Positions 40,046 through 51,200 are shown, counted from the first letter of the stretch. The stretch: 64,000 nucleotides of DNA from Bacteroidales bacterium (GCA_017468435.1 JAFUIP010000004.1:18668-82667); one strand, 5' to 3'. A program made the numbers and translations. The notes: generated by a model from the sequence alone, not told the origin.

Positions 40046-42115
40046 TTATCTGTCGATAGGCATCCATACGGTCATTTCGCTGTGACCACGGTTGCCGAAT
40101 GCATAATAAGGAATCAAAGTAATCTGCACTTTCTGCTTGCCGCTTTGAAGTTCACGATACAGTTCGTCGCCACCCCAAGCGTCTTCGGTAGAGTAATTGG
40201 CCACACCGGTGAGCGCCATCATAGGAGCGCCATCGATTTCCACTTCCTTGGGTTCCAGCTTGATATTGGCAGGAATCATCACGTTGTCGATCTTCTTGCC
40301 TTCCAAGTCGGTAGATTCCAAGCAATATACCACCGGACCACGCATCACGGCCACCTGGTTGCGGGTTTCTTCCAAAAGAGGATTGGAAGCCATCAATTTC
40401 ACCTTCATTTCAAGGTTCAATTGCAGGATGTCGCCCTTCTTCCAAACGCGACGAACTTCGGCATATCCATTATTATTGCTGGTTTCAACAGCTTCTCCAT
40501 TCACCAAGATGCTGTAATTATCGCACCAGCCGGGAATATGCATGAACATTGACATTTCCTTCTTACGAGGAGCTTTCTGTACTTCGATGGTCACATCGCC
40601 GTTCCAAGGATATGCGGAGATTTGGTTCAACTGGATGACAGAACCGTCTTTCAGCTTGGTATTCAAGGTGCTACCTCCGTAGATATTGCACCAAACGCCT
40701 TCGTCAGACAAAGCATAAGCATAGTTCTGGATTTCACAAATGGTACGAACCGTGTTGGGAGGACAGCAGAAGCAGCTGATATAATGGGTTCTTTCCTTGG
40801 GCCAACGAAGCACATAAGGAAATTCATCAGACAAACGCAAAGGATTGGTATAGAAATACTTGGTACCATCCAATGAAATACCTGACAGCAAACTGTTGTA
40901 AGCCACTTTTTCTACGATGTCGTTGTACTTGCCATCGCCGGTAATTTGGAACATACGCCAGTTGAACAACAAGTTACCAATGTTGGCACAGGTTTCGTTG
41001 TGGGCAGTTGAGTTGGGCAATTGGAAAGAACGTCCGTAAGATTGATGAACCTTCTGGATAGAATCGGGCGTGTAGTTGGTTCCGTCGGGAGAAGTTCCAT
41101 CGTACAAAGCGCCGCAACCACCGGTGATGTACATCTTGTGGTTCACGATGTCAGACCAGATAGATTCCAGGTTGGGCCAGAGTGTCATATCGCCGGTTTC
41201 AGCAAATACGTCGGCCACGCCGGCATACAGATAATTGGCGCGCACGGCATGACCCATGGCATTCATTTGTTCGCGGAAAGGATCACGGTCTTGGTTGTCG
41301 TCGGTACCGTTTTCCACCATACCGCGAATATCGATGAGGTTCTTGGCCAATTCCAAATAGCGAGGATCGCCTGTGGTACGGTACATTTCCACTACGCCCA
41401 TATAGTGTGAAGGGCAGATGGCGTTACGAGCCAATTCAGCGGTAGCGGTCTTGTAGAAATTGTACAAGAAGTCGGTAGCCTTGATAGCAACGTCCAAAAG
41501 CGTACGCTTGCCGGTAGCGCGATAATGCACACAGGCAGCCATCATCAGGTGACCGTGGTTGTAGGTTTCGAAATTCAGACGATTGTTGAAAGCGCCGCCT
41601 TCGGCCGTACCGGTGGCCGTTCCCACCAAGCCTTGGTTGTTGCTCAAAGTGGCTTGCTTATTACGTTCGGGAATGATAACCTGCGTATGCATATAACCAT
41701 CTTCGCGCTGAGCTTTGGTAATGGTTTCGATGATTTCGTCCATCAAGGCATCGAGCTTGGGATCTTTGGTAACGGCATACACAGCAGCCATACTTTCAAA
41801 CCATTTGAAAAAGTCGCCATCGTGGAAAGCCGGACCATGATGTTCGCCTTCGCATTTACCGGCAGCGATTTCCAAGTTTCTGTAAGCATGACACAAATCG
41901 GGATTATCCATGATATGCCACATATTCATGACCATGGTATCCTTACATACTTCAAATCGATCGCCCCAAAATCCGTCGGTCCAAGCCACAGAAGAGACAT
42001 TGGCATTCCAGATTTTAGCATGTTTACTGTTGTAGGTATTCACCATACCTTTGTCTTGCGCCGAGGCAGTCAGAGCTGCGCAAACAAGCGAGAGAATCAA
42101 TACACTTTTCTTCAT
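40046..42115 (-). CDS. GH127 family (beta-L-arabinofuranosidase / aceric-acid hydrolase type; DUF1680)
   Basis: HGHLMMAACVHYRATGK and the Cys-rich catalytic/Zn block YISCFCCPPNTVRT. The start is taken at MKKSVLIL (ATG 42113-42115). Confidence 0.85.
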   Translation of the reverse strand: MKKSVLILSLVCAALTASAQDKGMVNTYNSKHAKIWNANVSSVAWTDGFWGDRFEVCKDTMVMNMWHIMDNPDLCHAYRNLEIAAGKCEGEHHGPAFHDGDFFKWFESMAAVYAVTKDPKLDALMDEIIETITKAQREDGYMHTQVIIPERNKQATLSNNQGLVGTATGTAEGGAFNNRLNFETYNHGHLMMAACVHYRATGKRTLLDVAIKATDFLYNFYKTATAELARNAICPSHYMGVVEMYRTTGDPRYLELAKNLIDIRGMVENGTDDNQDRDPFREQMNAMGHAVRANYLYAGVADVFAETGDMTLWPNLESIWSDIVNHKMYITGGCGALYDGTSPDGTNYTPDSIQKVHQSYGRSFQLPNSTAHNETCANIGNLLFNWRMFQITGDGKYNDIVEKVAYNSLLSGISLDGTKYFYTNPLRLSDEFPYVLRWPKERTHYISCFCCPPNTVRTICEIQNYAYALSDEGVWCNIYGGSTLNTKLKDGSVIQLNQISAYPWNGDVTIEVQKAPRKKEMSMFMHIPGWCDNYSILVNGEAVETSNNNGYAEVRRVWKKGDILQLNLEMKVKLMASNPLLEETRNQVAVMRGPVVYCLESTDLEGKKIDNVMIPANIKLEPKEVEIDGAPMMALTGVANYSTEDAWGGDELYRELQSGKQKVQITLIPYYAFGNRGHSEMTVWMPIDR

Positions 42116-42138
42116 ATTCAATATATAGTTTATATTAT

Positions 42139-44913
42139 TTACCATTCAATTACATACTTACCTGAAGGAACAGATATAAGGCTTTGGCCGGCACTCTTTT
42201 TCAAACACTCAGCCCCTGCCCTTGCGTAATTCTTACCATTGATGGTGAGCGCGTTCAGTTGAGAAGTAGGCAGATATATCTCGGCAGAAGTATTGGCAGG
42301 GATGGTGATACTCCATGTGAAATGTTCAGCCTGTTTTTTCCAAGAACTTTCTACCTTGCCGTAAGGCGTCTGATAATCGGCTTCCACAAAATCCAGATCC
42401 TTGATATCGAAAGCCGGCTTCATGATAATCTTCTTGAAAGCCACCTCTTTTTCGTCGGTCTTGATACCGGCCAGGTCTTCGTAACACCAAATGAGCAAGT
42501 CGCCCAACTGCATCACATGATTGCGAGAATTCATCTTAGGATTGGCCTTGTCACCATTCCAAAGTTCCCAAATGGTGGTAGCGCCCTGGCTTACCATATA
42601 ACCGAAGCTGGGATAATCGGTGGTGGTAGCCAAAAGATAAGCAATGTCGCCATAACCACGATGCGTCAATTCGCGCCACAACCATTGGTTTCCGATGATA
42701 CCGCTGGCCATGGTGCCCTTGTATTCATCCATAATCTTGGCGCGCACACTTTCACAAACCGCAGGAACGTATTGCTCAGGCACGAAGTCCATGGCAAGCG
42801 CCAAAATATTGGCAGTGACAGTATTATTGCTGTAGTTCTTGCTTTCTTCATTGAAGAAATTACGATGGAAGGCCGCCTTCAGACCGGCGGCATATTCCGC
42901 ATAGCCTTCGGCCCATTGAGGCTCGTTCAACAAATCGGAGAACTTTATCATCAACTGATACAAAGCATAGAAATAAGCCGTGGCAATAAGATGCTTGTCG
43001 GTGATTCTGTCGGGAGCTGTCGAGTGGATGATTTCCAAAGATTCGGTAGGCATACACCAGTCGCCATATTTATCGGCCGTCATCAAGCCGGTGTTTTCGT
43101 CGTAATAATAATCGCGCATATAGTCCATGAACTTCTTCAGACCCTCTATATGCTTGGCAATGGGAGCGATATCTCCGTACTGACGATACAACATATCGCA
43201 AGTGGTAAACATGGCTGCCGGCCAGGTGATATCGTCTGAATAATAGTTCCAATAGGCAGGAGCCACATCGGGAATGGCACCGTCCCAACGTTGAGCATCG
43301 CGGATATCGTCCATCCATTTGGCGTAGAAAGCAGCATTATTGAAGAGGAAGCTTTCACCGTAAGAGCCCATCACGCGGTCGCCCAACCAAGGCATACGTT
43401 CGTTACGCTGCGGACAATCCACCGGCATTCCTTTGTAGTTGCCACGAATTCCCCAATAAGCATTCGTATAGGTTGCATTCAGAATATCGGAAGAAGACTT
43501 GAAGTGACCCATGTCTTCCATTTCGTCGCAAACAAACTCACCCACAAAGTCTTCCAACTGAGGCACACCGGGATAATTGGTAATTTCCACGAATTGGAAA
43601 CCATGCGTCACAAAACGGGGAGCCCAGGTTTCGCCTTCGGCAGCGCCCTTCAAGGTGTATTTGTCGGTAACCAAAGCATCGCGCAAGTTAGCCATGCTCA
43701 GGCTTCCGTCGGGCAGGATAGCTTCGGCAAAACGCAATTTTACTTCGTGTCCGCGCTTACCCTTCACATTCATTTTGATCCAACCAGTCATGTTCAAGCC
43801 CATGTCCATGATGTAGGTATTGGCATTGAGTTTGGTGATGGATTTAGGCTTGATTTGCGTCATCACCTTCATATTGGCACAGGGTTGAGCCACCAGCGGT
43901 GCAATGGGAATGGTGACACGCTGAGCCGGCATCCAAGAAGCATCGGCCTTGAAACCGGGCAATGTCCAGCCTTCGAATTCCTTGCGGGCATCGTATTCTT
44001 CACCGTCAAATTCATTGTTGGAAATAATGGGACCACGGGCGCTCAACTGCCAGGTCTGATCGCTCTGCAAGGACTGGGTTCTGCCGTCGGCATAAGTGAT
44101 ATTGAGACGCATACGCAATTTCGGATAGCCGAAGCGATTCCACTTATACGTCTTGTAATTCTGACGCATGGCATAATAACGACCATTACCCAAAATTACA
44201 CCTACGGCATTAGCGCCTTCTTGCAGATAATCCGTTACATCGAAAGTATTGTACATGATATGACGACGATAATCGGTAGGAACAGGTGCCATCACCTGGT
44301 CGCCTACCTTTTCGCCATTCAGCCAAAGTTCGTACAAACCCAAACCGGCAATGTGAAGCACGGCTTGCTTTATTTCAGCCTGACGACAAACAAAATCCTT
44401 GCGCAGATAACGGGCCGACAAACGGGCATGCGTAGATTCATCGTCCCAAGGGAAAGGATTGTCGTAACCGATCCAACGCGATGAGCCCCAATCTTTTTCG
44501 GTTCTCAAAGCTGTCAAAAAATATGCCATCGGACTTTCGATATATTCTTGGCACTTGTTGGTCCAAACTTGCACCTTCCAATAATAGTAGGTGCCTGTTT
44601 CCAAGTCGGGACCGGCGTAAGGCACCAAAACCGATTGAGAGGAAGCCCGTTTTCCGGAATCCCAGATATCGGCTTCGCCCTTGGCTAATTTTTCTTCAGA
44701 ACTTGCCACCAAAATACGATAGGCCTCTTGCTTGACATCCTGCAAATCGCTCTGCAACTGCCAGCTCAGACGTTGTTGTTCCAAGCCCACACCAATGGGA
44801 TTCACACGATGTTCGCAGGTGAGTTGCTGCACCTTAAAAGCATCTGTTGAAGCTTGTTTGCCACACGAAAAAAGCAAAAGCGTCAATGCTACCAATGAAA
44901 AAAATTTCTTCAT
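42139..44913 (-). CDS. GH78 alpha-L-rhamnosidase (lipoprotein)
   Basis: Lipobox LLFSC and the GH78 six-hairpin block VDCPQRNERMPWLGD. Confidence 0.85.
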   Translation of the reverse strand: MKKFFSLVALTLLLFSCGKQASTDAFKVQQLTCEHRVNPIGVGLEQQRLSWQLQSDLQDVKQEAYRILVASSEEKLAKGEADIWDSGKRASSQSVLVPYAGPDLETGTYYYWKVQVWTNKCQEYIESPMAYFLTALRTEKDWGSSRWIGYDNPFPWDDESTHARLSARYLRKDFVCRQAEIKQAVLHIAGLGLYELWLNGEKVGDQVMAPVPTDYRRHIMYNTFDVTDYLQEGANAVGVILGNGRYYAMRQNYKTYKWNRFGYPKLRMRLNITYADGRTQSLQSDQTWQLSARGPIISNNEFDGEEYDARKEFEGWTLPGFKADASWMPAQRVTIPIAPLVAQPCANMKVMTQIKPKSITKLNANTYIMDMGLNMTGWIKMNVKGKRGHEVKLRFAEAILPDGSLSMANLRDALVTDKYTLKGAAEGETWAPRFVTHGFQFVEITNYPGVPQLEDFVGEFVCDEMEDMGHFKSSSDILNATYTNAYWGIRGNYKGMPVDCPQRNERMPWLGDRVMGSYGESFLFNNAAFYAKWMDDIRDAQRWDGAIPDVAPAYWNYYSDDITWPAAMFTTCDMLYRQYGDIAPIAKHIEGLKKFMDYMRDYYYDENTGLMTADKYGDWCMPTESLEIIHSTAPDRITDKHLIATAYFYALYQLMIKFSDLLNEPQWAEGYAEYAAGLKAAFHRNFFNEESKNYSNNTVTANILALAMDFVPEQYVPAVCESVRAKIMDEYKGTMASGIIGNQWLWRELTHRGYGDIAYLLATTTDYPSFGYMVSQGATTIWELWNGDKANPKMNSRNHVMQLGDLLIWCYEDLAGIKTDEKEVAFKKIIMKPAFDIKDLDFVEADYQTPYGKVESSWKKQAEHFTWSITIPANTSAEIYLPTSQLNALTINGKNYARAGAECLKKSAGQSLISVPSGKYVIEW

Positions 44914-44931
44914 AATTCTGATATGAGGTTA

Positions 44932-46350
44932 TTATTTACTTCTGATTACCAATACTCTGTCATCGTTTTCACGGGCGGGCGTATATGAGAAATCAGCCTT
45001 ATCGCCTTGGTATTCACCGATGTAAGTATATTCACCATTGGTAGTGTCGTACCACCAGGCCTTTTTGGTCTTACCTTTTATTTTTGTCAAATCTATAGAC
45101 ATGGGAACAGCAGCGTAATTATACACGAGAATGTAATCTTCGCCACGACAAGCACGCAAATGCTGATGATGCGTACCGTTTTCGCCCAAAATAACCGACT
45201 GATCGGGAACTCTTTCATAATAAGGGAAATCCAGGATAAGCTTCTTCAGATATTGCATCTGCTGGAAACCGGGATCGTTCAAAGCATCCTTCCAGAATTT
45301 CAGACAACCGTAAGCACCGCGTTTTTCGCCACCGGGATGCATCTGCATGATGGCAGAATTACCGTAGGTATGACCGAAAGCACCGGCAAATACCGACCAA
45401 TAAGCGTAACGACGCACTTCGTGAGCCTGCCAGAGCGGCAAGGTATAATCGTGCAAACCATAAGGAATGCCTTCATAACTGGGTTCACCATCGATAACGG
45501 GTTTCATGGGCTTATAGCTGCGAGCCAATTCCACATAACGCCAGTTGTCTTCTTCGCAAGAGTCGGGAAGCAACTCCGGACGTTGAGGATTCTTCTTGCT
45601 CAGACTCATGCCATAATTGCGGTGTCCGCTCTGGAACATATTGAAATCCAGCCATTCAGCATCGTGAAACCAAGTAGCCGACAAGGTACGTCCGAAGGGA
45701 TGGAAAGTCATCAGGTGATTCTTATCGACAGCTTTGATGCTGCGGGCCAGGGTTTCCCATTCTTCAGTCTTCACGTCGCCGTACATATCGCCACCTATGA
45801 ACCAAATGATATTGGGATGATCTTTATAACGTTCGCCAAGGAAGGTTCCATAGGCCTTAGCCTCTTCAACCGACATCAAACCTTTCTTCACCAAACCGCC
45901 CCAAATGCAGACCATACCGATATAGATACCTTTTTCGGCAGCTGTTTCGATGATATAATCCATATGATCCCAATAACCGTACGAACTGTCGCGGTTGATC
46001 TTCGTAAAGTCGTAGCCTTCAGGCATGGACAATTGTCCGTAGTAATTGCGGGCAGGAACACCATTGATGGTTTGCACTTGTACCACATTGAATCCGGCCT
46101 GACGACAAGCTTCCAAATAGAATTCTGCATCTTCACGGTTCAAGCGTTCGGGCAGGAGCCAACCGGTTTCTCCCAACCAGAAGAAAGGCTCACCGTTTTC
46201 GTGCTGCAAGAAACAGCCCGTTTCGTCCACTTGCAATTTTCCATTGTCCCAAGGATATTTCGCTTCCTTTTGCGTGCAGGCCGTCAGCATCATCAGCGAC
46301 AGCAGCAAGGCTGAAATAAATCTCATATAACTATTATTTAAATTTTGCAT
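44932..46350 (-). CDS. GH140-like (DUF4038, apiosidase-type) glycoside hydrolase (lipoprotein)
   Basis: GEPFFWLGETGWLLPERLNREDAEFYLEACRQAGFNVVQVQ is the DUF4038/GH140 N-terminal TIM-barrel block. Lipobox MLTAC. An alternative start at MRFISALL (46326) would remove the 13-nt overlap. Confidence 0.8.
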   Translation of the reverse strand: MQNLNNSYMRFISALLLSLMMLTACTQKEAKYPWDNGKLQVDETGCFLQHENGEPFFWLGETGWLLPERLNREDAEFYLEACRQAGFNVVQVQTINGVPARNYYGQLSMPEGYDFTKINRDSSYGYWDHMDYIIETAAEKGIYIGMVCIWGGLVKKGLMSVEEAKAYGTFLGERYKDHPNIIWFIGGDMYGDVKTEEWETLARSIKAVDKNHLMTFHPFGRTLSATWFHDAEWLDFNMFQSGHRNYGMSLSKKNPQRPELLPDSCEEDNWRYVELARSYKPMKPVIDGEPSYEGIPYGLHDYTLPLWQAHEVRRYAYWSVFAGAFGHTYGNSAIMQMHPGGEKRGAYGCLKFWKDALNDPGFQQMQYLKKLILDFPYYERVPDQSVILGENGTHHQHLRACRGEDYILVYNYAAVPMSIDLTKIKGKTKKAWWYDTTNGEYTYIGEYQGDKADFSYTPARENDDRVLVIRSK

Positions 46351-49076
46351 TTGAAAGTATATTTACCCGATTTCACTTCGTACTGAGGTTTGCATTGTCC
46401 GGGCATATAGATCTTGGCTTCGCTGTTGACGGGAATTTCCACCTTCAGCACAAATTCGTCATCCTTCACTTCCCATTGCACGGACACTTCTCCGTACAAG
46501 GTTTTGGTGGCACAATTCACATAAGTCATGTCGCCCAAAACTTCAGGACGGATAATCAAGTATTTACCGCCGGGACGATTATCATCGATCTGGATACCGC
46601 CCAAGCTGCGGAAGAACCATTCGTCGATGGCACCCAACATGAAGTGATTCCATGAAGCTCCCTGACGAGGATCCCATTGTTCGGTCAGCGTGGTGGCGCC
46701 AAACTTTTTCTGGAAGCCGTAGCCGGGCACTTCTTCGTGATTGTGCATCTTATACATATAGTCGTTGTAGCCATTCTGGGCCAGAAATTGGAACATATAG
46801 CGATTGCCCACCTCGCCGGTACTCAGGCGGAAACCCTTGTTTTCGATACCGGCCAACAAATGAGCTATGGCCGTGTCCCTATGTTCGGGAGCCACCATAT
46901 TCATGTACAAAGGCATGGCATACGAAGCCTGACTTCCTGTACCGTAAATGCAACTATCTTCTTTGAAATAAGTATCGTGGAATGCCTTGTTCACTTCCTC
47001 GCCCAAACGCGTATAATAGGCTGCATCTTCCTCATAACCAAGCATCTTGGCAGCACGAACCATCAATTGTGTATTCTGGTAGAGATGAGCCGTTCCAGAA
47101 AGAGGCACGGGCGTGTTCTGCGCAAATCCCGGACGTTTCGGACCGAAATCGTACCAATCGCCCAGACCTTGCATCACAATATGGTTTTCAGAGGTTTTTT
47201 CCAAATAATCCGTGTAAGCCTTCATCATGGGATAATGCTTGCGGATCATACTGTCGTCGCCGTAGTAATGGTAATACATGAAGGGCAAAATGACAGAGGC
47301 GCTACCCCATTCCGGACAATCGCTCCACAAACGAGAAAATTCCACAAAAGTAGGCGCCGTGGAGGGAACCATGCCTTCTGCCGTCTGGCTGTCGTTCATA
47401 TCTTGCAAAATTTTAGGCCAGAAGCGCGTCATGTCGTAATTGTAGAGAATACCGGGGCCATTCAAGTGATCTTGCTCCAGCCAACCCAATTTTTCACGAT
47501 GCGGACAATCGGTGAAAACAGCCTGCATATTGCTTCGGATGGCCATCTGAATAAGCTGATGCGTATTGTTGAAGATTTCGTTGGACGATTCGAAAACGCC
47601 GTAATTTTCTACCGAGTTGTGTACAAAACAAGATTTCAAATCCTTGATAACAGGAAGATCTTCCGGATTGGGTTCGCCCTTGACCACGGCACCTTCCACG
47701 CGGATATAACGGAAACCATAATAGGCAAAACGCGGGCGATAGGTCTCAGGCTTGTCGCTCTTGAGTGTATAATCGTAGTAATGAGGCTTTCCACTTTGGT
47801 TCTGACTCACCACGCTGTCCTTGCCCAAAGATTCGCCCACCCAGATACGCACCTTGTCACCGGCTTTTCCTTTCAAGGTAATTTCGGGGAAACCGGCCAG
47901 ATTTTGTCCCATATCGAAGATATAAGCCATGGTTTCGGGGAACTTCTTATCGGCAGGCACTTTCTTATACCAATAATCCTGAACATCATAGGTGCGCATC
48001 ACTTTTACAGCCGGTGCCCATTGAGCCTGCAATTCACCCTTGGGAGCTTCTTGCAAAACCACCGGATGCCAAGCGCTTTCGTCAAATCCGTAAGTATTCC
48101 AGCCTTCCTGTTCCAAATTGGCATCGTAATCTTCGCCACCATACAAACTATTGAAAGTGAGCGGGCTGAAATCGTATTTCCAAGAAGCATCCGAACGAAT
48201 GTCTTCCTGAGAGCCATCGGCATACACCAAATGAAGCTTAAAAAACAAAGTAGGAGGTCCGAAGCTCAACAACAACTTACGATAGCGACCGCCTTGTTCG
48301 TTGAAGAAACCATTGCCCAAAAGTACGCCCACGGCATTATTCTTCTTGATAGCCTTGGTAACATCGTACACATTGTAGTAAACAGTTTTGTCATAATCGC
48401 TCCAAAGCGGTGCAAACTCGCTGTCACCAATTTTCTTTCCGTTGATGGAAAGTTCGTAATGACCCAGACCCACCACATAAGCAGTGGCTTCCACCACATT
48501 TTTGTCTGTTGTGAAATCCTTGCGCAGATAAATGCTCTTTTTCGACAGCGGATGGGTGTTGTTCCAAGCATCTTTCATGGCTTGGTTGCGGTTGACCGTG
48601 TTACCTTCGTAATGACGGCCTTCGGGCAAACGGCTCTCGCTTCGGGTAATGGCGCCAATCCATTGTGCATCCAACCAGTCCTTATCAGGTGCCACGGCAA
48701 ATGAAGACTCTTTCCAAGGCGATTTTTTGCCTTTCTGATTCCATACGCGCAAACGCCAATAATACTTTTGCGCAGGCTGTAAAGCAGGGCCCGTATAGTC
48801 CAGCAACTGACTTTGGTTGCTCTGCACTTCGGATGTTTCCCAAATACGCTTGTTGCGACTATCGTACAACTCGATCTGATAAGCCGATTGCATACAGGCT
48901 TGCTTATGCGAAGACAATTGCCATGAGAAGCGAATCTGATCGGGATCGACGGCCAGCGCTTCTTCTTCGTAGTTACAGGTCATCTTTTCCACCTTGATAG
49001 GCGCACAAGAAAAGAAGGACAAAGTCATCAACAAGCAGGCTGCTCTAAGCCAAAACGCAAAATTTTTCATAATCAT
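46338..49076 (-). CDS. GH78 alpha-L-rhamnosidase (lipoprotein), second paralogue
   Basis: Lipobox SFFSC and the block FTDCPHREKLGWLEQDHLNGPG. Confidence 0.85.
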   Translation of the reverse strand: MIMKNFAFWLRAACLLMTLSFFSCAPIKVEKMTCNYEEEALAVDPDQIRFSWQLSSHKQACMQSAYQIELYDSRNKRIWETSEVQSNQSQLLDYTGPALQPAQKYYWRLRVWNQKGKKSPWKESSFAVAPDKDWLDAQWIGAITRSESRLPEGRHYEGNTVNRNQAMKDAWNNTHPLSKKSIYLRKDFTTDKNVVEATAYVVGLGHYELSINGKKIGDSEFAPLWSDYDKTVYYNVYDVTKAIKKNNAVGVLLGNGFFNEQGGRYRKLLLSFGPPTLFFKLHLVYADGSQEDIRSDASWKYDFSPLTFNSLYGGEDYDANLEQEGWNTYGFDESAWHPVVLQEAPKGELQAQWAPAVKVMRTYDVQDYWYKKVPADKKFPETMAYIFDMGQNLAGFPEITLKGKAGDKVRIWVGESLGKDSVVSQNQSGKPHYYDYTLKSDKPETYRPRFAYYGFRYIRVEGAVVKGEPNPEDLPVIKDLKSCFVHNSVENYGVFESSNEIFNNTHQLIQMAIRSNMQAVFTDCPHREKLGWLEQDHLNGPGILYNYDMTRFWPKILQDMNDSQTAEGMVPSTAPTFVEFSRLWSDCPEWGSASVILPFMYYHYYGDDSMIRKHYPMMKAYTDYLEKTSENHIVMQGLGDWYDFGPKRPGFAQNTPVPLSGTAHLYQNTQLMVRAAKMLGYEEDAAYYTRLGEEVNKAFHDTYFKEDSCIYGTGSQASYAMPLYMNMVAPEHRDTAIAHLLAGIENKGFRLSTGEVGNRYMFQFLAQNGYNDYMYKMHNHEEVPGYGFQKKFGATTLTEQWDPRQGASWNHFMLGAIDEWFFRSLGGIQIDDNRPGGKYLIIRPEVLGDMTYVNCATKTLYGEVSVQWEVKDDEFVLKVEIPVNSEAKIYMPGQCKPQYEVKSGKYTFKCKI

Positions 49077-49111
49077 ATACTACAGTATGGGTTAGTTTTC
49101 AATAAAATTTC

Positions 49112-49119
49112 CAAAGATA
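49112..49119 (-). promoter_or_regulatory. -7 promoter box (TATCTTTG) heading the GH operon
   Basis: Exact TAnnTTTG match immediately after the terminator U-tract, about 36 nt upstream of ATG 49076. Confidence 0.4.
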
Positions 49120-49121
49120 AT

Positions 49122-49153
49122 AAAAAAGCGGCTGACAATTACTTGTCAGCCGC
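49122..49153 (-). terminator. Strong intrinsic terminator after the fasciclin gene
   Basis: Minus strand reads GCGGCTGACAA-GTAA-TTGTCAGCCGC-TTTTTTATT: a perfect 11-bp stem, a tetraloop and a U-tract. Confidence 0.8.
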
Positions 49154-49178
49154 CTAAATTTTGGATGTTTATTTATTT

Positions 49179-51200
49179 TTAATAAATATCTTCTCCTTCG
49201 AGCATAGAAGTAGGCATAAATTCCAAGTAGTCATATACGAAGGGGTGAGTACCCGTACCCATGGTACCAACCGATTTGATACGCAAGGTATGATTGATAC
49301 CGGGGCCGAAATCATATCTACCCAAAATACTACGCATAGAACCGATATCGTCGCGAGCCGTACCACCGGCATCACCACCCACCGAGTGGAATGAGTCAGG
49401 AGCCTTCATCCAACCGCGGTTACGCAAATCCTTATCATTTTCATTGGGTTTTCCCTTCAATATTTCTTCACGATACATTTTTGCCTTATCGCCATTGGCT
49501 CCCGTATACCCATATTCATCGGCATAGGTGTAGTCCATAATGGCGCCAATATCAGGATGTTCTGCACGTTTGGTCAAATCGAGAGGAATTCCATTGGGAA
49601 GACCGTCCACATAAATCTGCACGATGTAAGGAATATCCGTACGCAATTTGGTTCCCACGCGGAATTCCCAGGTACCTTCGGGCAGAGCCGGCAGTTTTTG
49701 GGTAAAGTCAAAGTTGCCACTGATATAGAATGAACCGCCCTGATACTGCACACTACCGCCATTAAACTTTCTGTTTTCAACCACGGTGGCATCCTTGTAC
49801 TGCAAATTCTCGAAGAATCCGGCAGGATATTTGACATCCTTATTGGCCGCAGCGCTAGACGACTGAGGACGCAGGTTCACATTCATCATTTCGGGCAGAG
49901 TAGAAAATACATCGATACGCAAACGCTTAGTGAACACTTCATTCTGAACCTCTTGGTCGAATACCAAGATATTGTCGATTTCGTGCATGATACCATTGGT
50001 AGCCGTAGCCATATCTCCCATGGCCACTTGCTTCACCCAACGCACACATGATCCATCTGGTTTCTTATTGAAGACAGGCACAATGTCATAAATTTCTCTG
50101 TCCAATTCTTCCTTCACTTCGATCATCGTATTTTCAGCCATGGGGAAAAGATATTCCACAACACCTTCACCTTTCTGAGATTCAGGCCAATACACATAAT
50201 CGTAAGAACCCACTTTATACATGAAACCACCTTCCCAAATCCAATAATCGAGCAAGTGATAAGCAATGAAACGATTCAGAGGATGGTTACGATCGGTCAC
50301 ATCCGTCAGATGAGCATATTGAGGATACAAGGGGTCGTACACTTTCTTGGCATAAGCCAACATACTATGTTCATAATCACCATTTTCACCTGAAACAGAG
50401 GTAATACCGGCGGCTTCATACACTTCGTTGGGTTCCACGAAAGCCGTGTAATTATACAATCTTTCATCGGGATAATCCTTGTTGGTCTGCTTATAGGTTT
50501 CATCTCTTTCCCTCAACAAGAGTTCACTCAAACCCGTCCAATACAAGGCTTCGGCAAACATAGAATAGCGAGAGTCCGTCTTAATGAATTCGGGCAACAT
50601 AAAGTTCGAAGGAACCAACACGCGATCCACACCATGAACCACACCATTGTGCACATCCTGGTCTTTCAACACGATTTTCGAAGAACCATTGACGATAATT
50701 TCCAATTGACCGGTCTCATTTCTATACGTAATACTGATGTAACGGTCCATCATGTTCTTATGGTCGAAACGTCCGCTTTCAGGGAATTCGCTTTCCATAT
50801 AGGTTTTAGTCGAAATCAACTGGAAGAAAACCATTTGCTTCAATGCATTGAAACGAGCAGAATCGCCATAAGTCTTATCAGCCAAAAATTCCTCCATAGA
50901 AGTTACATTGGAATCGGCGTAATAAGCCTTCATTGCATCGTTGGTAGGCGCAAACACCGTGAAAGTACCATAGGTCGAAAGCAAATCGTCAACACCGGTA
51001 GTATCGAGCGCTTTGTAAAATTCCCCGAAAATTCCCGGATTATCTTCCAAGAATTTCGTAACCGTCATTCCGGTAAATGTGTAGTACGCATCGCCTACAT
51101 CATCACTGTCAAGACAGGAGGCAAAGCCACCCACACACAGCATTAAAGCCGTAGCAATCAAAGCATTACTACAAAGTTTTTGAAACTTGTTCATTTTCAT
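49179..51200 (-). CDS. Fasciclin (FAS1)-domain lipoprotein with a large uncharacterised C-terminal region
   Basis: Lipobox GFASC. FAS1 hallmarks TVFAPTNDAM and NGVVHGVDRVLVP. About 470 further residues have no family I recognise. Confidence 0.8.
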   Translation of the reverse strand: MKMNKFQKLCSNALIATALMLCVGGFASCLDSDDVGDAYYTFTGMTVTKFLEDNPGIFGEFYKALDTTGVDDLLSTYGTFTVFAPTNDAMKAYYADSNVTSMEEFLADKTYGDSARFNALKQMVFFQLISTKTYMESEFPESGRFDHKNMMDRYISITYRNETGQLEIIVNGSSKIVLKDQDVHNGVVHGVDRVLVPSNFMLPEFIKTDSRYSMFAEALYWTGLSELLLRERDETYKQTNKDYPDERLYNYTAFVEPNEVYEAAGITSVSGENGDYEHSMLAYAKKVYDPLYPQYAHLTDVTDRNHPLNRFIAYHLLDYWIWEGGFMYKVGSYDYVYWPESQKGEGVVEYLFPMAENTMIEVKEELDREIYDIVPVFNKKPDGSCVRWVKQVAMGDMATATNGIMHEIDNILVFDQEVQNEVFTKRLRIDVFSTLPEMMNVNLRPQSSSAAANKDVKYPAGFFENLQYKDATVVENRKFNGGSVQYQGGSFYISGNFDFTQKLPALPEGTWEFRVGTKLRTDIPYIVQIYVDGLPNGIPLDLTKRAEHPDIGAIMDYTYADEYGYTGANGDKAKMYREEILKGKPNENDKDLRNRGWMKAPDSFHSVGGDAGGTARDDIGSMRSILGRYDFGPGINHTLRIKSVGTMGTGTHPFVYDYLEFMPTSMLEGEDIY

